From NCBI GenBank assembly GCA_965224465.1, contig OZ245049.1, forward strand, positions 4,800,001 to 4,832,000: a stretch of 32,000 nt of DNA, in the 5' to 3' direction. The DNA comes from Flavobacteriaceae bacterium. Its GTDB lineage: Bacteria; Bacteroidota; Bacteroidia; Flavobacteriales; Flavobacteriaceae. Positions 17,154-26,783 of this stretch are shown here, piece by piece; position 1 is the stretch's first letter; the number at the start of each line of letters is the position of its first letter. The notes beneath the pieces were generated by a model, which saw nothing but the letters and a program-made list of their open reading frames with translations, was not told where the DNA came from and ran no database searches. The position numbers and the translations under genes are program-made.

Positions 17154-17312
17154 ATCACCAAGTAAAATCTAAAATGACGGATATTAATAGTTTGTCTTAC
17201 GTGCTGTCGTTGTTGAAATACAGAACGATAGCTAAGGTTATCTACTCAATTTTTGCCTGGCTAAAAAAAATAATTCCATTTCTAAATGGTGACTTGGAAA
17301 TGTATTTGGTAT
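17154..17312 (-). repeat. Full-length copy of the intergenic TIR repeat (reverse orientation, GACAGCACG subfamily)
   Basis: The reverse complement reads ATACCAAATACATTTCCAAGTCACCATTTAGAAATGGAATTATTTTTTTTAGCCAGGC ... CAACAACGACAGCACGTAAGAC ... CGTCATTTTAGATTTTACTTGGTGAT. Confidence 0.85.
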
Positions 17313-17333
17313 AACTCTCGGGAGGTTTCTAGT

Positions 17334-17410
17334 AAAAAAAAATCACCCTAAATATGAACATTAAATAATTTGTTGAAAATGAAACTAATTCAATTTAGTA
17401 TTTAGGGTGA
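17334..17410 (-). terminator. Long-loop terminator downstream of msrB (minus strand)
   Basis: Perfect 12 bp inverted repeat TCACCCTAAATA (17343-17354) / TATTTAGGGTGA (17399-17410) separated by 44 nt. On the minus strand a run of 9 T follows the stem. Confidence 0.55.
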
Positions 17411-17512
17411 CCTATGTTTTGTAAGACTATTTTTTTTCTTTCTAATAGAGGGATTATTGGTGTCCCAAGACTATTATTTTGATTGATACACTATAAATAA
17501 TGTATTTTGAAG

Positions 17513-18001
17513 CTATTCTTTTGGTTGTATTTCTTTTTTAAATTGGATGGAAGAGGTGTTTACACAATACCTTTTTCCTGTTGTTTCCTTTGGACCATCA
17601 TCAAAAATATGTCCGAGATGACTCTTGCACGCTGCGCAAATTATTTCGGTTCTAATCATTCCATGTGCTTCATCTTTAACGTAGTGTACCGTTCCTTCAA
17701 TGGCATCGTCAAAGGAAGGCCAACCACAGTGAGATTCAAATTTGCTGTTAGACTTAAAAAGTTGAGCATCACAAGCATTGCAGTGGTATGTTCCTTTTTT
17801 GAAATGACGGGTGTACCCATCTTGACTTGGTTTATCTGTTCCTTTTTCTCTTAAAACATAGTATTCTTGTGCACTCAATTCGGCTTTCCATTCTGAGTCT
17901 GATTTTATGATTTTTTTCGGCATTTTTTTTGTGTTAATTTTCTGAGCTGATAATTGAAGTGTAAACAATATAAGGATACAGAAAGTTGCTATTTTAATCA
18001 T
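17513..18001 (-). CDS. msrB: Peptide-methionine (R)-S-oxide reductase with N-terminal signal peptide
   Basis: 162 aa. Signal peptide MIKIATFCILILFTLQLSAQ. Two CxxC pairs (CNACD, CAACK) and GWPSF / RYCVNS MsrB motifs. Confidence 0.9.
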   Translation of the reverse strand: MIKIATFCILILFTLQLSAQKINTKKMPKKIIKSDSEWKAELSAQEYYVLREKGTDKPSQDGYTRHFKKGTYHCNACDAQLFKSNSKFESHCGWPSFDDAIEGTVHYVKDEAHGMIRTEIICAACKSHLGHIFDDGPKETTGKRYCVNTSSIQFKKEIQPKE

Positions 18002-18004
18002 GGG

Positions 18005-18871
18005 TTATTTGCTTAAAAACTCGAGTATTTTAGCAATTACTTTTTCGTCTTTTAAAATACGTCGATGTCCTAGGTTTTGAGTGATTATAAGTTCACTATC
18101 TCTTAAGTTTTGTCGTATGTTTTTAGAAGAACTTACAGGGACATCCATATCATTTTCATCGTGGAAGAGTAAGGTGGGTATGGAGACCTCTTTTGCTGCG
18201 ATATTAGCGGAGTAGTTTTCGATGTCAAAATTTAAAATATCAAAGAAAATACGTTTCATTCTTGTGCCTATAACGGGTTTTAATTTCATTTTTTCAATAA
18301 ACATATGAATGATATCGTTAATGCTATCTCCAGAGCCTAAAATTACTAATTTTTTTATAGAGAAGCCTTCTTTTACGGCGGTTAGTAAAGCCATAGCTCC
18401 AAGGGAATGTCCGATAGATGCCTCAAAGGGACCAAAATCTTTTTCTAATTGATGTATACAATCAACAAACTCTGGCATCATGGTAGATTTTGTGGGTGAT
18501 TTTCCATGGGCAGGTGCATCAAAACTAATGGTCATATAACCTTTTTTTAATAAAGCATCGGCAATAGAAACCAATTGTGTGCCTCGGCCAGACCAGCCAT
18601 GAACAAGCAATATTTTTTTGTCCGATTGACCATAACTATAGGTGCGTATTTTTTTATCAAGCGAATTGATATGAATTGTTTGTTGCTTAGATTGCCTGTC
18701 CATATCGAGTTCGTGTTTTGGAGTTTTAAACTTAATAGGAGTTTTAAAGAGGTATACGGCAAATTTAGTAGCAAGTGTAGGAGAGATAAATTGGAGAAAC
18801 TTGGCAATAAATAAAATTGGTTTTGGAACGCTATTTGCGTTGGTATATTTTGTAATTTTGTTGGTTGACAT
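18005..18871 (-). CDS. Alpha/beta-fold hydrolase
   Basis: 288 aa. HGWSGRG oxyanion region, nucleophile elbow GHSLGA, and C-terminal GHRR. It ends 3 nt before the msrB start. Confidence 0.75.
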   Translation of the reverse strand: MSTNKITKYTNANSVPKPILFIAKFLQFISPTLATKFAVYLFKTPIKFKTPKHELDMDRQSKQQTIHINSLDKKIRTYSYGQSDKKILLVHGWSGRGTQLVSIADALLKKGYMTISFDAPAHGKSPTKSTMMPEFVDCIHQLEKDFGPFEASIGHSLGAMALLTAVKEGFSIKKLVILGSGDSINDIIHMFIEKMKLKPVIGTRMKRIFFDILNFDIENYSANIAAKEVSIPTLLFHDENDMDVPVSSSKNIRQNLRDSELIITQNLGHRRILKDEKVIAKILEFLSK

Positions 18872-19002
18872 CTATGTTGTTATTTTTGGTGGTAAATATA
18901 GAATTTGTACATTGAAAAAAAAACATAAAATTGAGAAGTTGTACGTTTTAAGCGAATTTATTTTGTGCTTATTACGGAATAGAAATTTTAAAAAAGAAAG
19001 TT

Positions 19003-19821
19003 ATGAAAAAAATGATATCCTTATGCCTAGTTGCATTGATGATGGTGAGTTGTAGTACAGTGCCTATTACGGGAAGAAAGAGAATCAATGTTGTAAAGGA
19101 TTCTCAAATATTACCTTCCAGTTTTGCCCAATATCAAGGGTTTTTAAAAGAGAATAAGTTGTCTACGGATGTTTCTAAGTCCGCAGAAATAAAAAATGTA
19201 GGAAAAAAAATATCCAAAGCAGTGGATCGTTTTATGCGAGCAAATAATATGAGTTCGGAAGCAAATAATTACCGATGGGAGTTTAATTTGATAGAAAACG
19301 ATGCGATTAATGCATGGTGTATGCCTGGAGGAAAAGTTGTTTTTTATACAGGAATTTTACCGATGTGTGCTAATACTGATGGTATTGCAGCAGTAATGGG
19401 ACATGAAGTTGCGCATGCTTTTGCAAAACATGGACAAGAACGTATGACTACGGCGTATGGACAACAGGTTGGTGGTTTGGCAGTGATGCTTGCAACGGGA
19501 GGTAAAGACCCTAAAAAAGCACAAATGTGGAATACGATATACGGAGTTGGATCTCAGTTGGGGATGTTGGCTTACAGTCGTACACATGAAAACGAGGCTG
19601 ATAAATTAGGAATGGTATTTATGGTAATGGCTGGGTACCAACCAGAAGAAGCAGTAAATGTTTGGATTCGAATGAGTAAGAGAGCAGGAGCAGGCAAAGC
19701 ACCTCCAGAGTTTATGAGTACGCATCCTTCTAATCAAACACGAATTAAAAATTTAAGGGCTTATTTGCCTACAGCTACTGCTTTGGCAAAGAAGTACAAT
19801 GCACAAATGTTACGAAATTAA
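19003..19821 (+). CDS. M48-family zinc metallopeptidase lipoprotein
   Basis: 272 aa. Lipobox MMVSC, HEVAHA zinc motif and downstream ENEADKLG. Confidence 0.85.
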   Translation: MKKMISLCLVALMMVSCSTVPITGRKRINVVKDSQILPSSFAQYQGFLKENKLSTDVSKSAEIKNVGKKISKAVDRFMRANNMSSEANNYRWEFNLIENDAINAWCMPGGKVVFYTGILPMCANTDGIAAVMGHEVAHAFAKHGQERMTTAYGQQVGGLAVMLATGGKDPKKAQMWNTIYGVGSQLGMLAYSRTHENEADKLGMVFMVMAGYQPEEAVNVWIRMSKRAGAGKAPPEFMSTHPSNQTRIKNLRAYLPTATALAKKYNAQMLRN

Positions 19822-19880
19822 ACAGTATTTTGTTTTATAAAAAAATGAATAGTTCTTATTAAAACAAAAATAGTATATTG

Positions 19881-19910
19881 AGCCGTCCAAAAATGGGCGG
19901 CTCTAATATT
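19881..19910 (+). terminator. Probable terminator after the M48 peptidase gene
   Basis: Stem AGCCGTCC / GGGCGGCT (8 bp with one G-U), loop AAAAAT, then CTAATATTTT. It overlaps the first codons of the listed 19878 ORF, which argues for a later start of that gene. Confidence 0.45.
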
Positions 19911-19916
19911 TTATAT

Positions 19917-21221
19917 ATGTTACAAAAAGGTGGTAAAAAATTAATCAATGCTTGGGCGTTTTACGACTGGGCAAATTCTGTGTATTCCCTAGTTATTAGT
20001 ACCGCAGTTTTCCCTATTTATTATGCAACAGTAACCAAGGACGATAATGGTGTGGTTCACTTTTTAGGGACCGATTGGTACAATACTACGCTGTATTCCT
20101 ATGCTTTGGGGCTTTCCTTTTTGATTGTGGCGTTTTTATCTCCAATATTATCCTCTATTGCAGATTATACAGGAAACAAAAAGCGTTTTATGCAGTTTTT
20201 TTGTTTGATGGGATCGGTATCAGTTGGGATGTTATACTTTTTTGAAGGCAAGGATACCTTGTGGATAGGGATTGTATTCACCGTGTTGGCAAGTATAGGA
20301 TTTTGGTCTAGTTTGGTATTTTATAATGCCTATTTACCTGAAATAGCTTTGCCAGAACAACAAGATAGGGTAAGTGCAAAAGGGTTTATATATGGTTATA
20401 TAGGATCTATGCTATTGTTGGGGTTTAATTTATCGATGGTGATGAATCCAGGGATGTATGGGATAACAGAAGGAACATTACCCTCTAGGATTTCCTTTGT
20501 GATGGTGGCTATTTGGTGGTTGGGATTTGCCCAGTATACATTTAAAAAGTTACCGAATAATATGTATCATAAAAAACCAGAGAAAGATTATATTTTTAAA
20601 GGATTTAAAGCGTTAAAAGAAATTGTGAAGGATATAAAAAAACAATACGAACTCAAAGTATTCCTGATGGCATTTTTTGTATATAGTATAGGTGTACAAT
20701 CATTGATATTGTTAGCGAGTATCTATTTTTCAAAAGACTTAGGTTTAGGGACAAGCGATCTAATTATCACCATATTAATTATGCAATTGGTTGGGATTGT
20801 AGGTGCTTATTCTTTTTCTAGATTGTCTGATAGAATAGGAAATATCAAAGCCTTAAAAATTACGATTGTTATTTGGACTTTATGTTGTTTTGCGGGGTAT
20901 GTATTAGAAAAAGGAGACCCAACCTTGTTGTCGAAAATATTTGGATTAGGAGGCTTGTTGGGCTTGGTATTAGGAGCCATTCAGTCTTTGTCTAGATCTA
21001 CCTATTCTAAACTATTACCAGACAGTACAGAGAGCCATGCTACCTATTTTAGTTTTTTTGATGTGACAGAAAAGATTGCGATTGTTGTAGGAATGGTTAT
21101 TTCTGGAATAGTGGCATCATATACCAGTTCCTTAAAACTATTTATTTTGATACTTGGAGGTTTTTTTGTTATAGGATTTGTTATATTGAGCTTTATGAAT
21201 CGTACCAAACACGTAAAATAG
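19917..21221 (+). CDS. MFS transporter, UMF1 (Atg22-like) family
   Basis: About 12 hydrophobic helices. N-terminal AWAFYDWANSVY is typical of UMF1 transporters. I chose the in-frame ATG at 19917 (MLQKGGKK...) over the TTG at 19878, which lies in the upstream hairpin. Confidence 0.8.
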   Translation: MLQKGGKKLINAWAFYDWANSVYSLVISTAVFPIYYATVTKDDNGVVHFLGTDWYNTTLYSYALGLSFLIVAFLSPILSSIADYTGNKKRFMQFFCLMGSVSVGMLYFFEGKDTLWIGIVFTVLASIGFWSSLVFYNAYLPEIALPEQQDRVSAKGFIYGYIGSMLLLGFNLSMVMNPGMYGITEGTLPSRISFVMVAIWWLGFAQYTFKKLPNNMYHKKPEKDYIFKGFKALKEIVKDIKKQYELKVFLMAFFVYSIGVQSLILLASIYFSKDLGLGTSDLIITILIMQLVGIVGAYSFSRLSDRIGNIKALKITIVIWTLCCFAGYVLEKGDPTLLSKIFGLGGLLGLVLGAIQSLSRSTYSKLLPDSTESHATYFSFFDVTEKIAIVVGMVISGIVASYTSSLKLFILILGGFFVIGFVILSFMNRTKHVK

Positions 21222-21228
21222 TATTTCA

Positions 21229-22119
21229 GTGAAGATTATTAACACATATAGTATTTCACCTACAGAAGTAGGAATGCGTTTTTGTACATTTTGTGAAGAA
21301 TTTGTACAGGAGTTTCCTTCTAAAAGTAGTGTTAAAAAAGCAATTTTAAAAGGGAAATTAAGATTGAATGGCAGTTTTGCAAAAGGAGCTATTTGGATGA
21401 AAATAGGTGATATAGTATCTGTAGTAGACTTGGAACTTACCCCTCCTAAACTCTTTAAATTACAATTAGAGGTATTGTTTGAGGATGATGTAATGGCTGT
21501 TGTGAATAAACCTGCGGGAGTTACTGTAAGTGGAAATCAATTTAAAACAATCCTAAATTGTTTGCCGTTTAATTTAGCCTCATCATCAGAAATGGATGCT
21601 CTTCCTTGGCCGTTACCCGTGCATAGGTTGGATAATATGACAAGTGGTTTGCTTGTGATAGCTAAGACAAGAAAGGCACGTGTGGTATTGGGACACTTGT
21701 TTGAAGAAAAAAAAATGATGAAAACCTACCACGCTTTGGTGATGGGGAAGTTAGAAGGAACGGGAGTGATGAACGATCTTATTGAAGGGAAAAAAGCGGA
21801 AACATTCTATAAAAGTATTGCTGTACTTCCTTCTTTGAAAAATAATTTTTTAAGTTTGATTCAGTTAACTCCTAAAACGGGGCGTACGCATCAAATAAGA
21901 ATTCACTTGGCCAATCTTGGACTGCCTATTCTTGGTGATTCTTTGTATGCAGAAAAAACATTATTGCACAAAGGATTGTTTTTGGTGGCTACAAAAATTT
22001 GCTTTCCACATCCACTTACAAATCAAAAAATGTGTGTTGAAATTGCCCTTCCTTCAAAGTTTGAAAATCGCATGAAGAATGAAAAATCACGATGGAAACG
22101 CTTCCATACGCAGAATTAA
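21229..22119 (+). CDS. RluA-family pseudouridine synthase
   Basis: 296 aa. Catalytic motif HRLDNMTSGLLVIAK and TGRTHQIRIHL. The GTG start is uncertain. Confidence 0.85.
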   Translation: MKIINTYSISPTEVGMRFCTFCEEFVQEFPSKSSVKKAILKGKLRLNGSFAKGAIWMKIGDIVSVVDLELTPPKLFKLQLEVLFEDDVMAVVNKPAGVTVSGNQFKTILNCLPFNLASSSEMDALPWPLPVHRLDNMTSGLLVIAKTRKARVVLGHLFEEKKMMKTYHALVMGKLEGTGVMNDLIEGKKAETFYKSIAVLPSLKNNFLSLIQLTPKTGRTHQIRIHLANLGLPILGDSLYAEKTLLHKGLFLVATKICFPHPLTNQKMCVEIALPSKFENRMKNEKSRWKRFHTQN

Positions 22120-22765
22120 AGAATTTTGGCAGGTTTAGGAGCTGTCTAAAATGTAATTTTGTAGTGAATTTTCGCTTTTTTTTTTGCTCCGTGCTTCTTT
22201 TTTTGCGCGAATTAGCTTTTTTTTTTCTTGTTTATGCCCTGAAATAATTAAATTTATAAGTGATAAAAGTTACTTAAAACCACAGTACTATTGCGTTTTA
22301 GGAGTTGTTTTTGTGTCTTTTTTTAAGGTGTTTTAAATGTGTTTATTTTTCTTTTATAGGCGTTTGTTTTCTTGTTGTTTAATGATTGATTTTTTATTGA
22401 TTTATCAGTAAAAACACATATTTGTGAAGTTTTTTGCAGGATTCGTACTTGTTAGCTGTGTAAATTGATATTTAATGAATTGAAAGAGTGTTTTTCTTAT
22501 ACTTAATATATCTTTCTAGGGAAGTGTAAACATGATAAATGTCGTGTTTTTTGGGTGTTCTAATAGTATATTTGAGTAGTGATAGAATTGAAATAAGATC
22601 ATTAAAAAATCAACAATTAAAATGATGAATGTACCATTAGTTACATTCTATTAAAACAGAAAAATTACAGTTTAATTTTTATGAAATGAGCCGAAAATCA
22701 AATCTCCGTGAGGAATCAAATTTGGAAGTTTTGTAGATAAAACAAAAAGCAATAACAATTATAAT

Positions 22766-24322
22766 ATGAACGTAGCAGAAAAAATAGCTTTATTAAAAAG
22801 CAAGCGAGAACAAGTGCTTGAACTAGGAGGTGAAGCACGCGTTGAAAAGCAACACAAAAAAGGTAAACTTACCGCAAGAGAACGTATTAATTTATTGTTT
22901 GACGAAGGTAGTTTTCATGAAATAGATGCTTTTGTGAAACACAGATCTACTAATTTCGGAATGGCAAATGTAGTGATCGAATCTGACGGTGTTATCGTTG
23001 GGTATGGGATGATCAATGGAAGACCTGTTTTTGCTTATTCTCAAGATTTTACTTCAAGAGGAGGATCGTTAGGAGAAAAGCATGCAGCTAAGATTTGTAA
23101 AATCATGGATTTGGCTGTAAAAGCTGGGATGCCAGTTGTTGGATTGAATGATTCTGGAGGAGCACGTGTAGAAGAAGGAGTGGATGCATTACAAGGATAT
23201 GGAGATATTTTCTTCCGTAATTCTAGAGCATCAGGAGTTATTCCTCAAATTTCTGCGATCATGGGCCCTTGTGCTGGTGGTGCGGTGTATTCACCTGCAA
23301 TGACTGATTTTATCTTTATGGTAAAAAAGACCAGTCACATGTTTATTACCAGTCCTTATGTTATTAAAACAGTTACTGGTGAAGAAACTACTTTTGAAGA
23401 ATTAGGAGGTGCAATGGCACACAATTCAACAAGTGGTAATGCACATTTTGCTTGTGAAAACGATGAAGATACGATTGAGCAAATTAGAGAATTGTTAGAA
23501 TACATGCCAAACAACAATATGGAAAGTGTTCCTGCTGTTGAAATGGATGATGAGCCAGACAGAGTTTGTGAAAAATTAGATACAATTATTCCAGACGATG
23601 CAAAAAGACCTTATGATATGAAAGAGATCATTGAAGAGGTATTGGATGAAGGAGAATTTTTTGAAATACACCGTTATTTTGCAGAAAACTGTATCATAGG
23701 ATATGGTCGTTTAAATAATCAAACAGTAGGTATTATTGCAAATCAACCAATGATTTCTGCAGGGTGTTTGGATATCGATGCTTCAGATAAAATAAGTCGT
23801 TTTATCAGAACATGTGATGCATTTAATATTCCTTTAGTAACATTTGTAGATGTACCAGGGTATTTACCAGGAGTAGATCAAGAATTAGGAGGGATTATCC
23901 GCCACGGTGCAAAATTATTATGGAGTTATGCAGAGGCTACAGTACCTAAATTAACAGTTATTGTTCGTAAGGATTACGGAGGTGCTTATTTAGCGATGAG
24001 TTCTAAACAACTTGGTGCTGATATGGTATACGCTTGGCCAACTGCTGAAATTGCAGTGATGGGAGCTAAAGGAGCTGTAGAAGTAATTTCTAGTTACAGA
24101 AAAGAAATTAGTGAAGCAGATGATAAATTAGCTAAGATTAAAGAAAAAATTGATGAATACGAAACTGCATTCAGTGTACCATACATTGCAGCAGAAAGAG
24201 GGTATGTGGATGAAGTAATTCTTCCAAGTGAAACAAGAGAACGTTTGATCTCTGCCTTAACAGTATTAGCATCTAAAACAGAAATATTACCAGCAAAAAA
24301 ACACGGAAATATTCCTCATTAA
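22766..24322 (+). CDS. Acyl-CoA carboxyltransferase (methylmalonyl-CoA carboxyltransferase 12S / propionyl-CoA carboxylase beta-like)
   Basis: 518 aa. Motifs: GKLTARERI, GGSLGEKHAAKI, NDSGGARVEEGVDAL, MGPCAGGAVYSPA, ANQP, GGAYLAM. Confidence 0.9.
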   Translation: MNVAEKIALLKSKREQVLELGGEARVEKQHKKGKLTARERINLLFDEGSFHEIDAFVKHRSTNFGMANVVIESDGVIVGYGMINGRPVFAYSQDFTSRGGSLGEKHAAKICKIMDLAVKAGMPVVGLNDSGGARVEEGVDALQGYGDIFFRNSRASGVIPQISAIMGPCAGGAVYSPAMTDFIFMVKKTSHMFITSPYVIKTVTGEETTFEELGGAMAHNSTSGNAHFACENDEDTIEQIRELLEYMPNNNMESVPAVEMDDEPDRVCEKLDTIIPDDAKRPYDMKEIIEEVLDEGEFFEIHRYFAENCIIGYGRLNNQTVGIIANQPMISAGCLDIDASDKISRFIRTCDAFNIPLVTFVDVPGYLPGVDQELGGIIRHGAKLLWSYAEATVPKLTVIVRKDYGGAYLAMSSKQLGADMVYAWPTAEIAVMGAKGAVEVISSYRKEISEADDKLAKIKEKIDEYETAFSVPYIAAERGYVDEVILPSETRERLISALTVLASKTEILPAKKHGNIPH

Positions 24323-24333
24323 AACTAAAAGTT

Positions 24334-24519
24334 ATGGATTTATTAGCAAAAAAGAAACGTGCAGCCGCCATTGCCGTTAGTTGTTACATTCAACAAATGG
24401 ATGAAGAAGTACAGCCAACCAATGAGAAAGCCTGGAGAAATGCAGGAATTCAACGAATTATGCTTGGAAAAGAAGTGTTATTCAGAAGAGGAAGACTCGT
24501 AGGGCAAAAGAATTTATAA
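24334..24519 (+). CDS. Small (61 aa) basic protein of unknown function within the carboxylase operon
   Basis: Tightly spaced between the two large subunit genes (11 nt and 24 nt gaps). There is no clear TM helix, so it is not a typical OadG-type anchor. Confidence 0.45.
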   Translation: MDLLAKKKRAAAIAVSCYIQQMDEEVQPTNEKAWRNAGIQRIMLGKEVLFRRGRLVGQKNL

Positions 24520-24543
24520 TCAACAATACAATAACAAATTATC

Positions 24544-26436
24544 ATGATATACGATAAACACGGGTCATTAGTAATGACCGATACTAACTATAGCGTAGAC
24601 CGACCAAAAGCAGCAAACCCAATCAAAATTCAAGATTTAAGTTTCCGTGATGGTCACCAATCATTGTTTGCAACCAGAGGTAGAACAGAGGATATGCTTC
24701 CTATTGCTGAACAAATGGACGAAGTAGGATTTCACGCTATCGAAACGTGGGGTGGAGCTACTTTTGATACGATGCACCGTTACTTGGGTGAAGATCCATG
24801 GGAGCGTTTAAGAGTATTAAAAAAATACATGCCTAAAACTCCTTTCTTTATGTTGTTACGTGGTCAAAACGTAGTGGGGTATAGAAATTACGCAGATGAT
24901 GTGGTTGAAAATTTTGTACAACGTGCCTGTGATAATGGTGTTGACATTTTTAGATGTTTTGATGCATTGAACGATTACCGTAACTTTGAAACTGCGGCTA
25001 AAATTGTAAAACAAAACAAAATGCACTTCCAAGGGACTATCTGTTATACCTTAACAGAACCTAGAATGGGTGGTGACGTTTATAATTTAGATTATTATAT
25101 CAACAAAGCAAAAGAATTAATTGATTTTGGAGTAGACTCTATCTGTATCAAAGATATGGCTGGTTTAATTGCCCCTTATGATATTTATAACTTGGTTGTT
25201 GAATTGAAAAAAATTACAGATATTCCTTTAAACTTGCACACGCATTTTACTTCTGGAATGGGAGATTTAGCAATTTTCAAAGCAATTGAAGCTGGTATTG
25301 ATATCGTAGATACTTGTATGTCTCCGTATGCATACCGTACTTCTCATGCTGCTATTGAGCCTCTTGTAATTTCTTTATTAGGAACCAATCGTGATACTGG
25401 ATTTGATATCAAACAATTATCAAACATCAGTAATCAAATGGAAAAAATTATTCCTAAGTACAAGCACTTAGCAAACAATCCTAAATATGCTATTATTGAT
25501 ACAGATGTAATTTTACATCAAACTCCAGGGGGAATGTTATCTAACTTGGTGAATCAATTAAAACAAATGGACGCATTAGACCGTTTGGATGATGTATTTA
25601 AAATGTTGCCTAAAGTTCGTAAAGATCTAGGGACAATTCCATTGGTAACTCCAACAAGTCAAATTGTAGGTGTACAAACGGTAAATAATGTATTGTTTGA
25701 TTCTTATGAAGGTGAGTATTCAAAAATTACGCAAGAGGTAAAAGATCTTTGTTATGGGTTGTATGGTAAAACTACCTTGCCTATCAACGAGGAATTACGT
25801 AAAAAAGCATTGAAAGGATATCCAAGAGGTGAGCAACATATTACCTGTCGTCCAGGAAGTGTGTTAGAACCAGAAATGGATGCTGTAAGAGAAAAGTTTA
25901 AAGATCTTGCAAAAGATGCGGATGACGAAGTATTGTTAGCATTATATCCTATTACTGGAAAACGTTTCTTAAAAATCAAATACGGTTTAGAAGAAATGCC
26001 AGCAGATATGAAAGCAAAAACGTTGGAAGATGTAGCCAAAGAAGAAGCTTTAATTGAGAAAGCGTTGTCTGGTGAATTGACAGCTGCTAAATCTGGAGCT
26101 AAAGGAATGGTAGAAATGGAAGTAATTGTTGATGGTGAAACATTCAATGTTTCTATTCCTAGCAATAAAGCTACAGGACGTACCAAACGTAAGAAAAGAG
26201 AAGTAGTTGAAGAAGCAGGAGCGGAAGGAGCAACAGTTTCTCCAATCCCAGGAATGATTATAGAATACAATGTAAAAAACGGTGATACTGTAAAAGTTGG
26301 AGACGTTGTAGTTGTAGTGGAAGCTATGAAAATGATGAACAACTTTGAAGCGACTAAGGACGGAGTAGTTTCTGGAATTAAGTACGAATCAGGTGACGCG
26401 GTTAAAAAAAACGATGTGTTATTTGTTATTGAATAA
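24544..26436 (+). CDS. Pyruvate/oxaloacetate carboxyltransferase (5S / OadA-like) fused to a C-terminal biotin carboxyl-carrier domain
   Basis: 630 aa. TIM-barrel motifs DLSFRDGHQS and HTHFTSGMG. An Ala/Glu-rich linker is followed by the biotinylation motif EAMKMMN. The start could alternatively be the in-frame ATG 30 nt downstream. Confidence 0.9.
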   Translation: MIYDKHGSLVMTDTNYSVDRPKAANPIKIQDLSFRDGHQSLFATRGRTEDMLPIAEQMDEVGFHAIETWGGATFDTMHRYLGEDPWERLRVLKKYMPKTPFFMLLRGQNVVGYRNYADDVVENFVQRACDNGVDIFRCFDALNDYRNFETAAKIVKQNKMHFQGTICYTLTEPRMGGDVYNLDYYINKAKELIDFGVDSICIKDMAGLIAPYDIYNLVVELKKITDIPLNLHTHFTSGMGDLAIFKAIEAGIDIVDTCMSPYAYRTSHAAIEPLVISLLGTNRDTGFDIKQLSNISNQMEKIIPKYKHLANNPKYAIIDTDVILHQTPGGMLSNLVNQLKQMDALDRLDDVFKMLPKVRKDLGTIPLVTPTSQIVGVQTVNNVLFDSYEGEYSKITQEVKDLCYGLYGKTTLPINEELRKKALKGYPRGEQHITCRPGSVLEPEMDAVREKFKDLAKDADDEVLLALYPITGKRFLKIKYGLEEMPADMKAKTLEDVAKEEALIEKALSGELTAAKSGAKGMVEMEVIVDGETFNVSIPSNKATGRTKRKKREVVEEAGAEGATVSPIPGMIIEYNVKNGDTVKVGDVVVVVEAMKMMNNFEATKDGVVSGIKYESGDAVKKNDVLFVIE

Positions 26437-26454
26437 TAAATTGTAGTTTTTTTT

Positions 26455-26489
26455 AAAAAGGCTTGAACGTTTTGTTCAAGCCTTTTTTT
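26455..26489 (+). terminator. Rho-independent terminator of the carboxylase operon
   Basis: AAAAAGGCTTGAAC / GTTCAAGCCTTTTT stem with a 5 nt loop and a T-run. Confidence 0.85.
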
Positions 26490-26619
26490 ATGTCTTTTTT
26501 TTTGATGCAACCAATCCTCTTTTACGTTTAGTTACATTCAGTTTTTAACAAAACTTATTAACATTATTTATAAAACAGTAGTTTGTGTTTTTAGTCCAAA
26601 TTATTCTGAAAGTACTTTT

Positions 26620-26783
26620 ATACCAATTAAATTCCAAGTAAAGGTTTAGAAATGGAATTATTTGTTGTTTTAGCTAGGCGGAAAACCTAAGGATAGGTTT
26701 AGTTAGCCATGGTTCTATTCTTTAACAACGACAGCACGTAAAGTAGCCTATTTATATCGGTTATTTTGGATTGTAATTGGTAT
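26620..26783 (+). repeat. Full-length copy of the intergenic TIR repeat (forward, GACAGCACG subfamily)
   Basis: ATACCAATTAAATTCCAAGTAAAGGTTTAGAAATGGAATTATTTGTTGTTTTAGCTAGGCGGAAAA ... AACAACGACAGCACGTAAAG ... GTTATTTTGGATTGTAATTGGTAT. Confidence 0.85.

Noticed and set aside
17507-17854. 115 aa plus-strand ORF overlapping msrB
   Set aside because: It is antisense to msrB, whose CxxC pairs and GWPSF motif are clear. The translation is Phe/Cys-rich and implausible.
18547-19055. Small ORFs (79-86 aa) overlapping the hydrolase gene and the hydrolase/M48 intergenic region
   Set aside because: They overlap confidently called genes in other frames or strands and have no recognisable features.
19878-19916. 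TTG start at 19878 for the MFS transporter
   Set aside because: The first 13 codons would lie within the upstream terminator-like hairpin (19881-19902). The in-frame ATG at 19917 gives a typical UMF1 N-terminus.
25752-26510. 252 aa ORF on the minus strand
   Set aside because: It is entirely antisense to the well-supported 5S/biotin-carrier gene. Its translation is Ser/Thr/Pro-rich low complexity and it runs through the operon terminator. This is a typical shadow ORF.
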